A stretch of DNA of 64,000 bases from Candidatus Magasanikiibacteriota bacterium. Lineage in GTDB: Bacteria; Patescibacteriota; Patescibacteriia; Magasanikbacterales; UBA922. Made by a program: the position numbers and the translations under genes. Every line of letters starts with the position of its first letter. Positions within the stretch are counted from its first letter, which is position 1. The stretch covers positions 5,440 through 69,439 of the forward strand of contig JBAYJP010000006.1 of assembly GCA_041665025.1 (NCBI GenBank). The letters are read 5' to 3'. Positions 7,998-18,562 of the stretch are shown in pieces. Under the pieces are notes generated by a model. That model did no database searches and was not told where the DNA came from. It saw only the letters and a list, made by a program, of their open reading frames with translations.

Positions 7998-9443
7998 ATG
8001 GATCCAACAGAAATCCGTCATATTAATTTTCTTCATGAAAACCCAGAACCAGAACCTCCCAAACGGAGACGCTCCGGCCGGTGGATTTTTGTGTTGATGC
8101 TTATTGGGCTTATTATTGCCGGCGGTATTGGATATGCGGCAAATCAAAAACAACCAGATCTCGATCCTCTTGATTATGACCCGGTAACGCTTGAACCAAA
8201 ACAGCCCGAAGGATTTCTGAAAAAATTGTCCTATTTAGTCTTCAAAAAAGAAGTGAAACTTGAAGGCGCAAAAAATGATCGGATCAATATACTGCTACTT
8301 GGCATGGGTGGGCCAGGCCACGATGGGCCATACCTTACTGACACTATGATGATTGCAAGCATCAAGCCATCTACCAATGAAGTTGCCCTTATTTCAATAC
8401 CTCGAGATTTAGGTGTTGCCATCCCTGGATATGGAACACGAAAAATAAACCACGCCAACGCATTTGGAGAGATGGAAAAAGAAAATTGGGGTGGGGCATT
8501 TGCGACGCAAGTTGTAGCTGATGCATTTGACATGGATATCCCCTATTATATACGCATGGATTTTGCCGCTTTTGAAGAAATCATAAATGAAGTCGGCGGG
8601 ATTCGCGTAAACGTTGATAAAGCATTTACTGATTATATGTTCCCCGCACCACGCGATCAATACCAGACAATATCGTTCAAACAAGGACCGCAAACCATGG
8701 ACGGAAAGATAGCTTTAAATTTTGTACGTTCTCGGCATGGCAATAACGGCGAGGGGTCAGACTTCGCGCGCGCTAGACGTCAACAAAAAGTTATTCTCGC
8801 GCTTAAAGAAAAAGTTTTGTCATTTTCCACGCTTACCAACCCGGTCCGCATCAAAAAAATTATGGATTCGCTCGAACGGCATATGACGACAAATATGAAT
8901 TTTGATGCAATCGTCGGACTCGTGCGCATGGCTCGATCGATAAACACCGACAACGTAAAGACGCTCGTATTGGATAATGCAACAAATGGATTTCTCATAA
9001 GTAGCAACCATCCTACCGCAGGCTTTTTATTGACGCCAAAGACAGGAAATTTTAATGAAATACAACAAGCAATCAGTACTATTTTTGAAAATAATGAATT
9101 AACAAAAAAAGACACAACGCCTGAACAAGAAAAACCACGCTACGATACTGCAGTGGTCGAAGTTCAAAATGGTACATGGAGGGCAGGAACTGCGGCCCGG
9201 CTAAAACAGCAGCTTACTGAAGCAAACTTCTATGTTGACGCGGTTGGAAATACAGACCCAGCCTATAAACCGATTACTATAAGCGGTATTTATAAAATCT
9301 CAGACAATGAATCGCTTGAAGTAATGCAGGCTCTGCAAAATTCTCTGCACATACCTATAAAACAAACCCCTCCAGAAGGGATAATACCAACAGCCACCAG
9401 CACTGATATATTGGTAATTGTGGGGGATGATTTTGTCGAATGA
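7998..9443 (+). CDS. LCP (LytR-CpsA-Psr) family protein with LytR C-terminal domain
   Basis: N-terminal TM; NILLLG, TDTMM, SIPRD, KINHA, FVRSRH, SDFARARRQQ; C-terminal VEVQNGT...DILVIVGDD. Confidence 0.93.
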   Translation: MDPTEIRHINFLHENPEPEPPKRRRSGRWIFVLMLIGLIIAGGIGYAANQKQPDLDPLDYDPVTLEPKQPEGFLKKLSYLVFKKEVKLEGAKNDRINILLLGMGGPGHDGPYLTDTMMIASIKPSTNEVALISIPRDLGVAIPGYGTRKINHANAFGEMEKENWGGAFATQVVADAFDMDIPYYIRMDFAAFEEIINEVGGIRVNVDKAFTDYMFPAPRDQYQTISFKQGPQTMDGKIALNFVRSRHGNNGEGSDFARARRQQKVILALKEKVLSFSTLTNPVRIKKIMDSLERHMTTNMNFDAIVGLVRMARSINTDNVKTLVLDNATNGFLISSNHPTAGFLLTPKTGNFNEIQQAISTIFENNELTKKDTTPEQEKPRYDTAVVEVQNGTWRAGTAARLKQQLTEANFYVDAVGNTDPAYKPITISGIYKISDNESLEVMQALQNSLHIPIKQTPPEGIIPTATSTDILVIVGDDFVE

Positions 9444-9530
9444 TGAAATCCGTTCATACAAAAAATATTTTAAATAAAACAGTTAGCCGTGCTTTGGTGC
9501 TCAAGTGCTAAAGTGCTTAAGTGAATTATT

Positions 9531-10925
9531 ATGGATTCAGAAAACAGACAAGCCCAGGAAACAAACCTCCCCATTATTACTCTTGTTGGGCGTGCAAACG
9601 TAGGTAAATCAACACTCTTCAATAAACTAGTAGAAGAACACAAGGCGCTTGTATCGATAATACCCGGCACAACACGCACCGTAAATGAAGGCGATATATT
9701 ATGGAGAGGCGTGTATATCCATACGATAGACACGGGGGGGATAGATAATCTCGAAAATGAACGATTTTCCAAAGAAATTGTAGAACAGTCCGAAGGTGCT
9801 CTCAAACGCGCAGACATCATTCTTATGGTTTTCGACGCGCAAGTAGGCATTCTCCCCCAAGAAAAAGAACTTGCCCGAACATTATTAAAAAAATATCGAG
9901 CAACAAAAAAAATTATACCCGTAGCAAACAAAATAGACAGCAAACGAATTGAAAATAAGCTTCATGCAGAAGAATTTTTGTCTCTGGGGTTGGGCCAGCC
10001 ATTATATATCTCAGCGACAAACGGAAGTGGTGTGGGTGACCTGCTTGATTATGTGTACAAAGAACTACGGAAGCTCGGCAAACGGCCTAAGCAAACTAAC
10101 AAAGCATTGACAACCGATGTGCGCGTGTCTATGTTTGGCAAACCAAATGTAGGAAAATCATCGCTCTTCAACAAAATTGTTGGTCTCGAGAAAGTTATTG
10201 TAAGTGATATTGCACACACAACCCGTGAACCATTTGATACGCAAGTGGAATATACCGAAGGCAAGAAAAAATATACTATTACATTTGTCGACACGGCAGG
10301 CATTCGTAGAAAAGCACATGTGAGCGGTATGCTTGAAGAACAGGGAATTAAAAAAAGTATCCAAAATATTGAAAAATCAGATATTATTTTACTTGTGCTT
10401 GATGGGAGCCAACCATTCTCTTCCCAAGATATGCAGCTTGGCGGACTTATTGAACGCAGAAGCAAAAGTGTTATAATTCTTATCAACAAATGGGATCTGA
10501 CCGAAGATAATAGCGACGCGTACCGCAACCAAGTAAAGGCAATGACGTATGCCCATTTCCCCCATCTCGATTTTGCACCTATTTTATTTGTAAGTGGCAA
10601 GACGGCATATCGTGTTCAACAGATATTTCCATTGATCGTCCAAATTGCGCAGGCCCGTACAACTGAAATTCCCACAGACAAATTGGATGACTTCCTAAAA
10701 CGCGCCATGAAAACACATAGGCCTACCAAGGGAAAAGGCAAAAGTATCCCCGTCATTTGGGGAATAAAACAAATCAATTCAAATCCTCCTGTGTTCGAGT
10801 TATTTTTAAAACCACGAACTTCAGTACATGGATCATACTTCAAATATTTGGAGCACAAACTTCGAGAAGAATTCAACTTTTTGGCAACTCCAATTGTCAT
10901 CAAAGTGACTAAGATGAAAAAATAA
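9531..10925 (+). CDS. der: Ribosome biogenesis GTPase Der/EngA
   Basis: Two tandem G domains (GRANVGKS, DTGG, NKID; GKPNVGKS, DTAG, NKWD) plus a KH-like tail. Confidence 0.96.
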   Translation: MDSENRQAQETNLPIITLVGRANVGKSTLFNKLVEEHKALVSIIPGTTRTVNEGDILWRGVYIHTIDTGGIDNLENERFSKEIVEQSEGALKRADIILMVFDAQVGILPQEKELARTLLKKYRATKKIIPVANKIDSKRIENKLHAEEFLSLGLGQPLYISATNGSGVGDLLDYVYKELRKLGKRPKQTNKALTTDVRVSMFGKPNVGKSSLFNKIVGLEKVIVSDIAHTTREPFDTQVEYTEGKKKYTITFVDTAGIRRKAHVSGMLEEQGIKKSIQNIEKSDIILLVLDGSQPFSSQDMQLGGLIERRSKSVIILINKWDLTEDNSDAYRNQVKAMTYAHFPHLDFAPILFVSGKTAYRVQQIFPLIVQIAQARTTEIPTDKLDDFLKRAMKTHRPTKGKGKSIPVIWGIKQINSNPPVFELFLKPRTSVHGSYFKYLEHKLREEFNFLATPIVIKVTKMKK

Positions 10926-10929
10926 TTAC

Positions 10930-11010
10930 AAGTTCATAGCCAATAGCCAGTAGCTCATAGTATTGAACATTGTCCATTCTATTGGCTATGAACTATTGGC
11001 TATCAACTAA
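10930..11010. repeat. Inverted 7-mer array (CAATAGC/TCATAGC vs CTATTGG/CTATGAA)
   Basis: Visible tandem heptamers. Same family at 54320-54391. Confidence 0.75.
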
Positions 11011-11014
11011 TTAT

Positions 11015-11560
11015 ATGAAACTCATCGTCGGTCTCGGAAACCCAGGCAAGCAATATGAAAAGACGCGCCACAACGTCGGTTTTATGATACTTGACGCCTT
11101 ACATGATGCACTTTCAGAATATAGTATAAACACATGGGAATTAAGCAAAAAATTTAATGCGTACGTTGCGGGATGCACTATGCATGGCGAAAAAATAATT
11201 TTAGCAAAGCCATTGACATTCATGAATGCATCAGGAGAAACAATCCAGCTCATTGCGCATTTTTATCAGCTTTCTCATGATGATCTTGTCATTGTACATG
11301 ATGATAAAGACATTAAACTGGGCGAAATAAAAATTCAAAAAGACCGCGGAGACGCAGGGCATAATGGCATAAAATCAGTTATCGAACACATTGGCAGTAA
11401 AAATTTTATGCGCGTACGTGTTGGCATTGCACCAGAAGATGAAAAAAGAATGAGAAAAGACGTACCAAAATTTGTATTGGGAAAATTTAGCATGTTTGAA
11501 AAGAAAAAAGTAGAGCAAACAATAGACAATGCGATCCAAAATATTATGAGTCTCCTATAG
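11015..11560 (+). CDS. pth: Peptidyl-tRNA hydrolase
   Basis: MKLIVGLGNPG, TRHNVGF, FMNASG, HDD, GHNGIKS. Confidence 0.97.
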   Translation: MKLIVGLGNPGKQYEKTRHNVGFMILDALHDALSEYSINTWELSKKFNAYVAGCTMHGEKIILAKPLTFMNASGETIQLIAHFYQLSHDDLVIVHDDKDIKLGEIKIQKDRGDAGHNGIKSVIEHIGSKNFMRVRVGIAPEDEKRMRKDVPKFVLGKFSMFEKKKVEQTIDNAIQNIMSLL

Positions 11561-11566
11561 TTTAAC

Positions 11567-11680
11567 CTATCACATAACACATATCACGTATCACATTGAC
11601 GAAATCACAGAGAACGTCGAATCTGATGTTATGTGTTATGTGTTATGTGTTATATGTTATGTGTTACGTGCTACGTAATA
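11567..11680. repeat. Inverted 7-mer array (CATAACA / TGTTATG)
   Basis: The tgttatg tandem run faces cataaca/catatca units. Confidence 0.8.
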
Positions 11681-11682
11681 TC

Positions 11683-12762
11683 ATGAACAAAGAAATTCTC
11701 CTCGCTCACTTCCCCAAAATTACTGTCAAACGATACCGAGATCTACTCGGTGTTTTTTCATCTATTGAAAACGTATGGAGAGCAGAATTTGATGAACTAA
11801 AAAAAACTAGATGGGATGATCAATTAGTTCATGAATTTCTTGTATGGAGAGAACATATCGACCAAAATAAAATTGAAGAACATCTCCAAAAAGAACATAT
11901 TCATTGTGTTACCAACGAAGACTCAGAATATCCTGAACTCTTAAAACAAATATATGACCCGCCATTTTGTTTATTTGTCCGCGGAAAATTAAAAACTGAT
12001 GCCTTCAATCTGGCCGTTGTAGGAACGCGCAAATATACTCCCTACGGCAAACAAGTTACTGAAGAGATAGTCGGCGAATTAGCACGCCAAGGTATTGTAA
12101 TTATCAGCGGACTTGCTTTTGGCATAGATAGTATTGCCCATGCTGTAACGATCAAAAATCAAGGTACGACAATAGGTATACTCGGTTCGGGTATAGACGA
12201 CGACCACATATACCCTGTAGCTCACAGAGAGCTCGCACAGACGATTATAGAGCGTGGTGGGGCAATTATATCTGAATACCCACCAGGCACACAGCCAAGT
12301 ACATTTACATTTCCTAGAAGAAATCGTATTATTGCGGGGATGTCCTTGGGTACTCTCGTTATTGAGGCCGGAGAACAGTCTGGCGCGCTTATTACAGCTC
12401 AAGTTGCACTAGATAGTGGACGAGAAGTTTTTGCCATACCCCAAAACATCACCTCGCGAACTGCAAAGGGTCCAAATAATTTGATAAAGATGGGAGCGCG
12501 TGCGGTGACATCTGTGCAAGATATCCTAGATGCTTTGAACTTGCAGAATATCTCACAATATGTTACTAATACAGAAGTTTTGCCTGATTCCCCGAGCGAA
12601 GCTCATATCCTCGCTCATGTATCAAAAGAACCCATCCACGTGGATGAACTCATCAAAAAGTCAGGATTAAATAGTCAAACAGTAAATAGCACACTGACAC
12701 TCATGGAAATGAAAGGTAAAGTGCGCAATGTAGGTGGGATGATGTATGTCTTAGCTCGATAA
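11683..12762 (+). CDS. dprA: DNA-processing protein DprA
   Basis: AVVGTR, ISGLAFGID, FPRRNRII, SGALITA and a C-terminal winged helix. The true start is the ATG at 11683; the upstream extension is translated repeat. Confidence 0.96.
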   Translation: MNKEILLAHFPKITVKRYRDLLGVFSSIENVWRAEFDELKKTRWDDQLVHEFLVWREHIDQNKIEEHLQKEHIHCVTNEDSEYPELLKQIYDPPFCLFVRGKLKTDAFNLAVVGTRKYTPYGKQVTEEIVGELARQGIVIISGLAFGIDSIAHAVTIKNQGTTIGILGSGIDDDHIYPVAHRELAQTIIERGGAIISEYPPGTQPSTFTFPRRNRIIAGMSLGTLVIEAGEQSGALITAQVALDSGREVFAIPQNITSRTAKGPNNLIKMGARAVTSVQDILDALNLQNISQYVTNTEVLPDSPSEAHILAHVSKEPIHVDELIKKSGLNSQTVNSTLTLMEMKGKVRNVGGMMYVLAR

Positions 12763-12833
12763 ATCTCAATTTACAAATTTTCAATTTTCAAATATGTTAT
12801 AAAGTCAAAATTAATCTTTATCGTAAATTTATC

Positions 12834-12869
12834 CGGCGTAGTCCCGCCTTGGTCGGGACGAAGACGGAA
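12834..12869. repeat. REP-like palindrome (CCGGCGTAG...CGAAGACGG family)
   Basis: ccggcgtagtcccgcc-ttggt-cgggacgaagacgg; related to 56714-56772. Confidence 0.55.
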
Positions 12870-12900
12870 TCTTGATTCTTCAATTTTATATTTTATTCCT

Positions 12901-13581
12901 ATGTTCTCACCTATACGAATCAAACAGTCCATTGTCCTCACGCTGTTCATCTTCCTCGGCTTTCTCGCCATGCAAGTTCCTTTTTCACAAATCATTGGCT
13001 CCAGTGTTAAATTTAGTTTATTCGATTTTTACGGACCTATCGTAGGCGGATTTGTCGGATCAGTATGGGGGCTTATTACGGTCATAGCAATGCAGCTCAC
13101 AAACTGGGCATGGCATGGATTTACTATTGACGCCGCTACCGCTATTCGATTTTTTCCAGTCCTTTTTTCAGTTCTCTATTTTGCTCGCAAGTCAAAATCA
13201 ATACTCGCCGTTCCCATCCTCTGTATGATTGCATTTTGGATGCACCCAGAGGGACGTATTGCATGGACCTATGCGCTCTATTGGTTTATCCCTATCGTGG
13301 CATATTTTTTTCATGATTCACATATATTTGCTCGTGCGCTCGGCACGACGTTTACTGCGCATGCGGTTGGCGGCGCTCTATGGATTTGGGTGTTTAACAT
13401 GAAAGCAGGCATATGGATTAGTCTCATCCCAATAGTTTGGAAAGAACGCGGACTCATGTCAATAGGTATCATGCTTACATTTTTGCTCTTCAACTTTGTC
13501 TTACGTACCATCAATGAAAAGACAAATATCAAACTCCCCTTCCTCAAACTCCAACCAAAATTCAGCTTACATACAAAATAA
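12901..13581 (+). CDS. Integral membrane protein, ECF S-component-like
   Basis: About 226 aa with roughly six hydrophobic segments and FSLFDFYGPIVGGFVGSVWG, reminiscent of S-components. Confidence 0.55.
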   Translation: MFSPIRIKQSIVLTLFIFLGFLAMQVPFSQIIGSSVKFSLFDFYGPIVGGFVGSVWGLITVIAMQLTNWAWHGFTIDAATAIRFFPVLFSVLYFARKSKSILAVPILCMIAFWMHPEGRIAWTYALYWFIPIVAYFFHDSHIFARALGTTFTAHAVGGALWIWVFNMKAGIWISLIPIVWKERGLMSIGIMLTFLLFNFVLRTINEKTNIKLPFLKLQPKFSLHTK

Positions 13582-13584
13582 TTT

Positions 13585-13664
13585 TCCCTCCCCCTACAAG
13601 GGGGAGCCAGAGGGGGTCTTCTAAAATTAAGACCCCACCTCGCCTCCCCTTCTAGGGGAGTTTT
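13585..13664. repeat. REPIN-like inverted pair of CTCCCCCT-N-AGGGGGAG palindromes
   Basis: ctccccct-aca-agggggagccagagggggtc ... gaccccacctcgcctcccct-tct-aggggag. Confidence 0.75.
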
Positions 13665-13673
13665 CCTGTTACT

Positions 13674-15050
13674 ATGACATTTGACCAAGCATACAATTAC
13701 ATCCTCTCTCTCAACAATCTTCCGCGCAAAGAATACATGGCCGACCCTCGCCACTGCGGATGGTATCTTAAGCGCCTCCAGTTTTTCTTGGATATTTTAG
13801 GGAACCCCGAACGCAAAATTCCACACTATATTCACGTAACCGGCACAAGCGGCAAAGGATCGGTGACTGCCTATATGCATTCTATACTTCATGCAAGCGG
13901 GAAAAAGGTAGGCTCGACCTACTCCCCTCATCCTACTATTATCACTGAGCGATGGAAAATTGGGAACAAATTTATGACAAAAAAAGAGTTTGTCCAATTA
14001 GTGGAATATATCAAGCCAAAACTTGATGAATACACGGCAACTACTCCCTATGATGCGCTGTCCTTCTTTGAAATCACTGAAGCAATCGGTTTTTTGTATT
14101 TTGCAAAACATAATGTCAAATGGGCAGTTTTAGAAGTTGCCTGCGGAGGACGTTATGATGCAAGTAATATTATTCCGTGGAAAGATATCGCTGTTATTAC
14201 AAATATAGGGTTAGACCATGTCGGGCTTATTGGTAATAATAAATCAGAAATTGCATACGAAAAAGCTGGCATCATAAAACGTGGGTGTACATTTTTTTCT
14301 ACTGAAAAAGATAAGAGGATTATCAATGTATTAACTCGGGAAGCAAAAAAAATATTAAATATTAAAGATATTAGGATATTAAATGATATTAAATATCCCA
14401 ATATCACAATATCAAAATATCATAATATCCCAATATCTGGAACCAACTTTACATACAAAGATGCCATATATCACCTGCCCACAATAGGTACGCATCAAAT
14501 ACAAAATTCAATATTATGTATCGAAATTGCCAAACATCTTCATATTCCGCAACATGCTATCAAGCGCGGACTCTCACAAGTCAAACAGCCTCTTCGTATG
14601 GAAATCGTTTCTCACAATCCTCTCGTCATCCTTGACGGCGCACACAATCCAGACAAGATGAGGACGACTGTTGAGACTACAAAAACATTGCAAAAACAAA
14701 AAAATATCCTCCCCCTAGGGGGAGGCGAGAGGGGGTCAAAAAATATCCATCTGGTCGTCGGCTTCTCTGGTGACAAAAACATTCCCAACATGGTTAAACA
14801 ACTTGCCACTGTCAAACCAAAATCAATTGCGGTGACACGCAACACAACAAATCCATTTCGTAAAGTCGCAGACCTACAACTTGTTGCTAGGCAATTTAAA
14901 AAATTACTTCCAAAATCAAAAATTAAACTCTTCCTCGAACCATCTAAAGCATTATTGTGGACAAAAAAAATAGCCAAGACACATGATATCATCTTGGCTA
15001 CTGGATCAATATTTGTAAGTGGAGAACTACGAGGTCAAACAAATGGATAG
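13674..15050 (+). CDS. folC: Folylpolyglutamate synthase/dihydrofolate synthase (Mur ligase superfamily)
   Basis: IHVTGTSGKGS, SPH, FFEITEA, EVACGGRYDASN, ITNIGLDH, EKAGII, DGAHNP, TGSIF. Confidence 0.92.
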   Translation: MTFDQAYNYILSLNNLPRKEYMADPRHCGWYLKRLQFFLDILGNPERKIPHYIHVTGTSGKGSVTAYMHSILHASGKKVGSTYSPHPTIITERWKIGNKFMTKKEFVQLVEYIKPKLDEYTATTPYDALSFFEITEAIGFLYFAKHNVKWAVLEVACGGRYDASNIIPWKDIAVITNIGLDHVGLIGNNKSEIAYEKAGIIKRGCTFFSTEKDKRIINVLTREAKKILNIKDIRILNDIKYPNITISKYHNIPISGTNFTYKDAIYHLPTIGTHQIQNSILCIEIAKHLHIPQHAIKRGLSQVKQPLRMEIVSHNPLVILDGAHNPDKMRTTVETTKTLQKQKNILPLGGGERGSKNIHLVVGFSGDKNIPNMVKQLATVKPKSIAVTRNTTNPFRKVADLQLVARQFKKLLPKSKIKLFLEPSKALLWTKKIAKTHDIILATGSIFVSGELRGQTNG

Positions 15051-15052
15051 GA

Positions 15053-18043
15053 CTACGGAAGCATTATTCGAGCTCCCGTATATCCATTTATATATACGTA
15101 TTCCCCATTTCTAACTTTCGTTACTTTCAAAACTGCGGAGTTATTATAGTGCTCTACACGAAGAGAACCAATAAACCAACTGAAAATACTGTACTCATAC
15201 ACTGCGTGGTCACTATACGTTACCTGGACTTTGCCAAACCATGTAGGTGTAACTGATACCATATAACGTTTGGCCAACTGTACATCAAACGGATCCAATT
15301 TAAATAAAAAAGGATGTGTACCGTTCTGGCTTATGGTATTGACTTCATCTACATATTTGTCTCCGTCATTATCTCTTTTATCGCCTTTAATCTCTATTCC
15401 TCGCGCCGGAATTTCATCATCAAAATCTAAATTATTATTTACGTAACCAGCTGGTGCAGAATTACTGCATACAGAGGTTAAAACAATTTTACTTCCGAGC
15501 CCATCGTCATCTCTATCTTCATAAAAATTCTTTAGCTGATATACATTAGGATCGTGATCATTACAGTCTGTAGACGCAGAGGCACCATCGTTGTCAGCAT
15601 CATTGTCATTATGATCATTACTATTGGTTACGTATCCCGCAGGTGTATGTGCCGAACACAAAGTCAGCGTGTCGTTTGGATTACCCAAGCCATCGTAATC
15701 TAAATCATGATAATATATGACAGGTGTTGAAATTTGTGGATTATAATCATCACAATCAGCGCTAGCATCTACTCCATCATTATCACGATCATACGCGTGT
15801 TCATCGCACGCGTCCCCTATTCCATCTTGGTCAGTATCATTTTGATCAGGGTTATATATTTCTAGACAATTGTCTACTGAATCAACAACAGCGTCATTAT
15901 CCTTGTCAAAATCATTTGCATCATCATGATTTGTGACAAATCCATCCAAAGGTACCTCTGAACATATTTCCATGATATCATGTATCGAGCCCAGCCCATC
16001 CTGATCATAATCCCGATAATAAGTAACAGGGCCTAAAACAGCCACGTCATGATCATCGCAATCAACACTCATTTCCACATTATCGTTATCATAATCATGG
16101 TCATTAACATCATCAGAATTGATTACGAAACCTTCAACCAACGTGCATGACTGCTGTAATGTATCAGATCCCCTACCATCACCATCTACATCTTGATAAT
16201 AGTTAATCGGTCCCAAAATAGCAGGATTATTATCATTGCAATCTGTGCCAGTATTAACATTGTCATTATCAAAATCATTGTCATTTCTATCATCGACGTT
16301 CGTAACATAACCAGGAACTACCATGCAGGACTGTCGCGCTGATCCAAAACCCAATCCATCTCCATCAACATCTGCATAATAAAATTGTGGACCTTTAACA
16401 TCAAAATCACGATCATTACAATCTAAAGCTGTGTCAATATTGTCATTGTCATAATCATTATCATTTGTGTCCAGTTCGCTTGAAGCAGTGAGAACATACG
16501 TACCAGAAGCGGAACACATGATCTGTGGTTCACCAAATCTTTTTCCATCGCCATCTGCATCACGATAATAATTAATGGGACCTAAAACAGTGTTATTGTT
16601 ATCATCACAATCAATACCCGTATTCACATTATCATTATCGTGGTCATTATCATTTTGATCACTAGAATTGGTAACACGACCAGAAACTACTGCGCAAGAC
16701 AGTACTGCTTCTCCAGATCCGAGTCCATCGCCGTCTAGATCAAGATAGTATGATTGTGGCCCACGAATATTGTAGTCACGGTCATTACAGTCTATGAGAG
16801 AAGAAATCGTATCATTATCAAAGTCATTGTCATCCACATCTTCTACATTGGTAACATGGCCCGCAAGTACAGTACATGACTGTCGTGCTTGGCCAAATCC
16901 CTTTCCGTCTCCATCAGCGTCAATATAATAATTTACCGGTCCTAAAACGGTATTATTAGCATCATTACAATCAACACCAATACTGATGCCATCATTATCG
17001 AAATCGTTGTCATTCACGTCATTTGAATTAGCAACATAGCCCGTCGGCGCTGCCAAGGTACTTATCATGCTTGAAACATGAGAACCAAGTCCGTCATTAT
17101 CTAAATCCTGATAATATACGGCGGTGTGCTTGCTTATATACGTGGCGGTAGAAGCGTCATGCGCAATATAAATAATTGATCCGCCAATCTCATCTCGTCT
17201 AATCAAAAATCCTTCACGTCCATCACCCGGAACATTCGTATACGCCCGTACAACTTTATTAGTTTTTGGATCGACCTCTATCAAAAGATTTACGCCGTCA
17301 TCATACAAAATAAAAAGAGTGCCGGTATCTTCATTGAAGAACATGTCAGAAATGTTTGAGTTTGCCAAGCCCGTGAAACCATTTGCATTCAATGTAATAT
17401 AACCTCTTGATGTAAAAATACCTGTATGATTTACATCAAGATCAAAAACATAAATAAGGCCATCATCTGTTGTAGTTGCTCCTCCAGGGGTAGGCGCTCT
17501 TTGCACGCCAACATAAAATAACCCGCCAGATCCGTAAATACTGTCAGGAACACTGGAAGGTAAAAAAGCATTTGGGACAAAAGCCGCGCCTTCAAGTCCG
17601 GAATTAGAAGGGGTATTCAAATGATAACTTAAATCCCATGATTTCCCTGTTTTTACTCCGCGTGACCAATCAAACTGAGAGATTGAGTCAGGATTTTCCT
17701 CACCTAAATATATAAAATTACTATGTGGATCAGTAATTACCAGGGCTTCAAGATCTGCATTAGCCGTAGCATTGGGTGGTTCTCTCTTTATATTTCTCCA
17801 TTCTGTTTCTACTACCCCATCTTTGTTCATCTTTGTCAAAACCCCTCCATCACTAATAGTAAATAATTTTTCCGATACACTATTCCACGCCATACCACTT
17901 GGTTCATAAGGCGCGGTTGGAGTGATGCGATCACTAAGGCTAGAAGAAGCTGGCCAATTCGTCGGACTTACGGCCAAAACAAAATTACTAGGGAACAATA
18001 GCACTCCAAGAGCCAGTGCGCCTAAGATAAACTTTTTCTGCAT
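15053..18043 (-). CDS. Secreted protein: SdiA-regulated/YjiK-like beta-propeller, tandem Asp-rich MopE-like metal-binding repeats and a thrombospondin type-3 repeat
   Basis: Signal peptide MQKKFILGALALG; EPSG/DLEA/GLEG propeller motifs; repeated YYxDxDGDGxG...GYVTNxxD...DCND; DNCLEIYNPDQNDTDQDGIGDACD. Confidence 0.8.
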   Translation of the reverse strand: MQKKFILGALALGVLLFPSNFVLAVSPTNWPASSSLSDRITPTAPYEPSGMAWNSVSEKLFTISDGGVLTKMNKDGVVETEWRNIKREPPNATANADLEALVITDPHSNFIYLGEENPDSISQFDWSRGVKTGKSWDLSYHLNTPSNSGLEGAAFVPNAFLPSSVPDSIYGSGGLFYVGVQRAPTPGGATTTDDGLIYVFDLDVNHTGIFTSRGYITLNANGFTGLANSNISDMFFNEDTGTLFILYDDGVNLLIEVDPKTNKVVRAYTNVPGDGREGFLIRRDEIGGSIIYIAHDASTATYISKHTAVYYQDLDNDGLGSHVSSMISTLAAPTGYVANSNDVNDNDFDNDGISIGVDCNDANNTVLGPVNYYIDADGDGKGFGQARQSCTVLAGHVTNVEDVDDNDFDNDTISSLIDCNDRDYNIRGPQSYYLDLDGDGLGSGEAVLSCAVVSGRVTNSSDQNDNDHDNDNVNTGIDCDDNNNTVLGPINYYRDADGDGKRFGEPQIMCSASGTYVLTASSELDTNDNDYDNDNIDTALDCNDRDFDVKGPQFYYADVDGDGLGFGSARQSCMVVPGYVTNVDDRNDNDFDNDNVNTGTDCNDNNPAILGPINYYQDVDGDGRGSDTLQQSCTLVEGFVINSDDVNDHDYDNDNVEMSVDCDDHDVAVLGPVTYYRDYDQDGLGSIHDIMEICSEVPLDGFVTNHDDANDFDKDNDAVVDSVDNCLEIYNPDQNDTDQDGIGDACDEHAYDRDNDGVDASADCDDYNPQISTPVIYYHDLDYDGLGNPNDTLTLCSAHTPAGYVTNSNDHNDNDADNDGASASTDCNDHDPNVYQLKNFYEDRDDDGLGSKIVLTSVCSNSAPAGYVNNNLDFDDEIPARGIEIKGDKRDNDGDKYVDEVNTISQNGTHPFLFKLDPFDVQLAKRYMVSVTPTWFGKVQVTYSDHAVYEYSIFSWFIGSLRVEHYNNSAVLKVTKVRNGEYVYINGYTGARIMLP

Positions 18044-18156
18044 ACGGAAATATATAGTATTAAAAACCATTTTATTATAACATAAAATGACATCTCAATC
18101 AAAACAAAAGTCGGTAATCAAACATGGCTGAAGTAAATTTACAAAACTCTATATGT

Positions 18157-18489
18157 CTAGGGTTCTTGTAAAGGTTCAAAAAATATTTTTGGCTGCTTTG
18201 TATTTCTATCTACACTCAAAAAAACCACCAATTGAATAGCTATCCATTTATTACCTATATAAACATTAAAAAATTCCTCCTCTCTATGCCCTGTCAATTT
18301 CTGATTGCTTCTTAAATTACCCAAAGGAACCGGTGACATGGGCATGCCACATGTTTTTTCATAATATTCTACCCATGCCATTCTCAAATCTGCTATGGTC
18401 GGAAAACCATTTTCTCTACAAAAATCAACAAACTGTCGACGAGCATCATGATCTCCTCCCCCTCTTCTCTTTTCTTCCTCTGTCGCCAT
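18157..18489 (-). CDS. Hypothetical protein (110 aa)
   Basis: Sole ORF in the gap, with an AT-rich tatATG start. Confidence 0.55.
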   Translation of the reverse strand: MATEEEKRRGGGDHDARRQFVDFCRENGFPTIADLRMAWVEYYEKTCGMPMSPVPLGNLRSNQKLTGHREEEFFNVYIGNKWIAIQLVVFLSVDRNTKQPKIFFEPLQEP

Positions 18490-18533
18490 ATGTAATATAG
18501 CTAAATATGATTAAATCTAATTTTACTACATAT

Positions 18534-18562
18534 TTGACACCCTCGTCAATTTAGACTATGCT
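18534..18562 (+). promoter_or_regulatory. Sigma70 promoter of topA
   Basis: TTGACA-17-TATGCT. Confidence 0.65.

Noticed and set aside
10970-11682. N-terminal extensions of Pth and DprA (likewise TsaC and DUF4012) in the ORF track
   Set aside because: They are translations of intergenic repeats or terminators; the conserved sequence starts at downstream ATGs.
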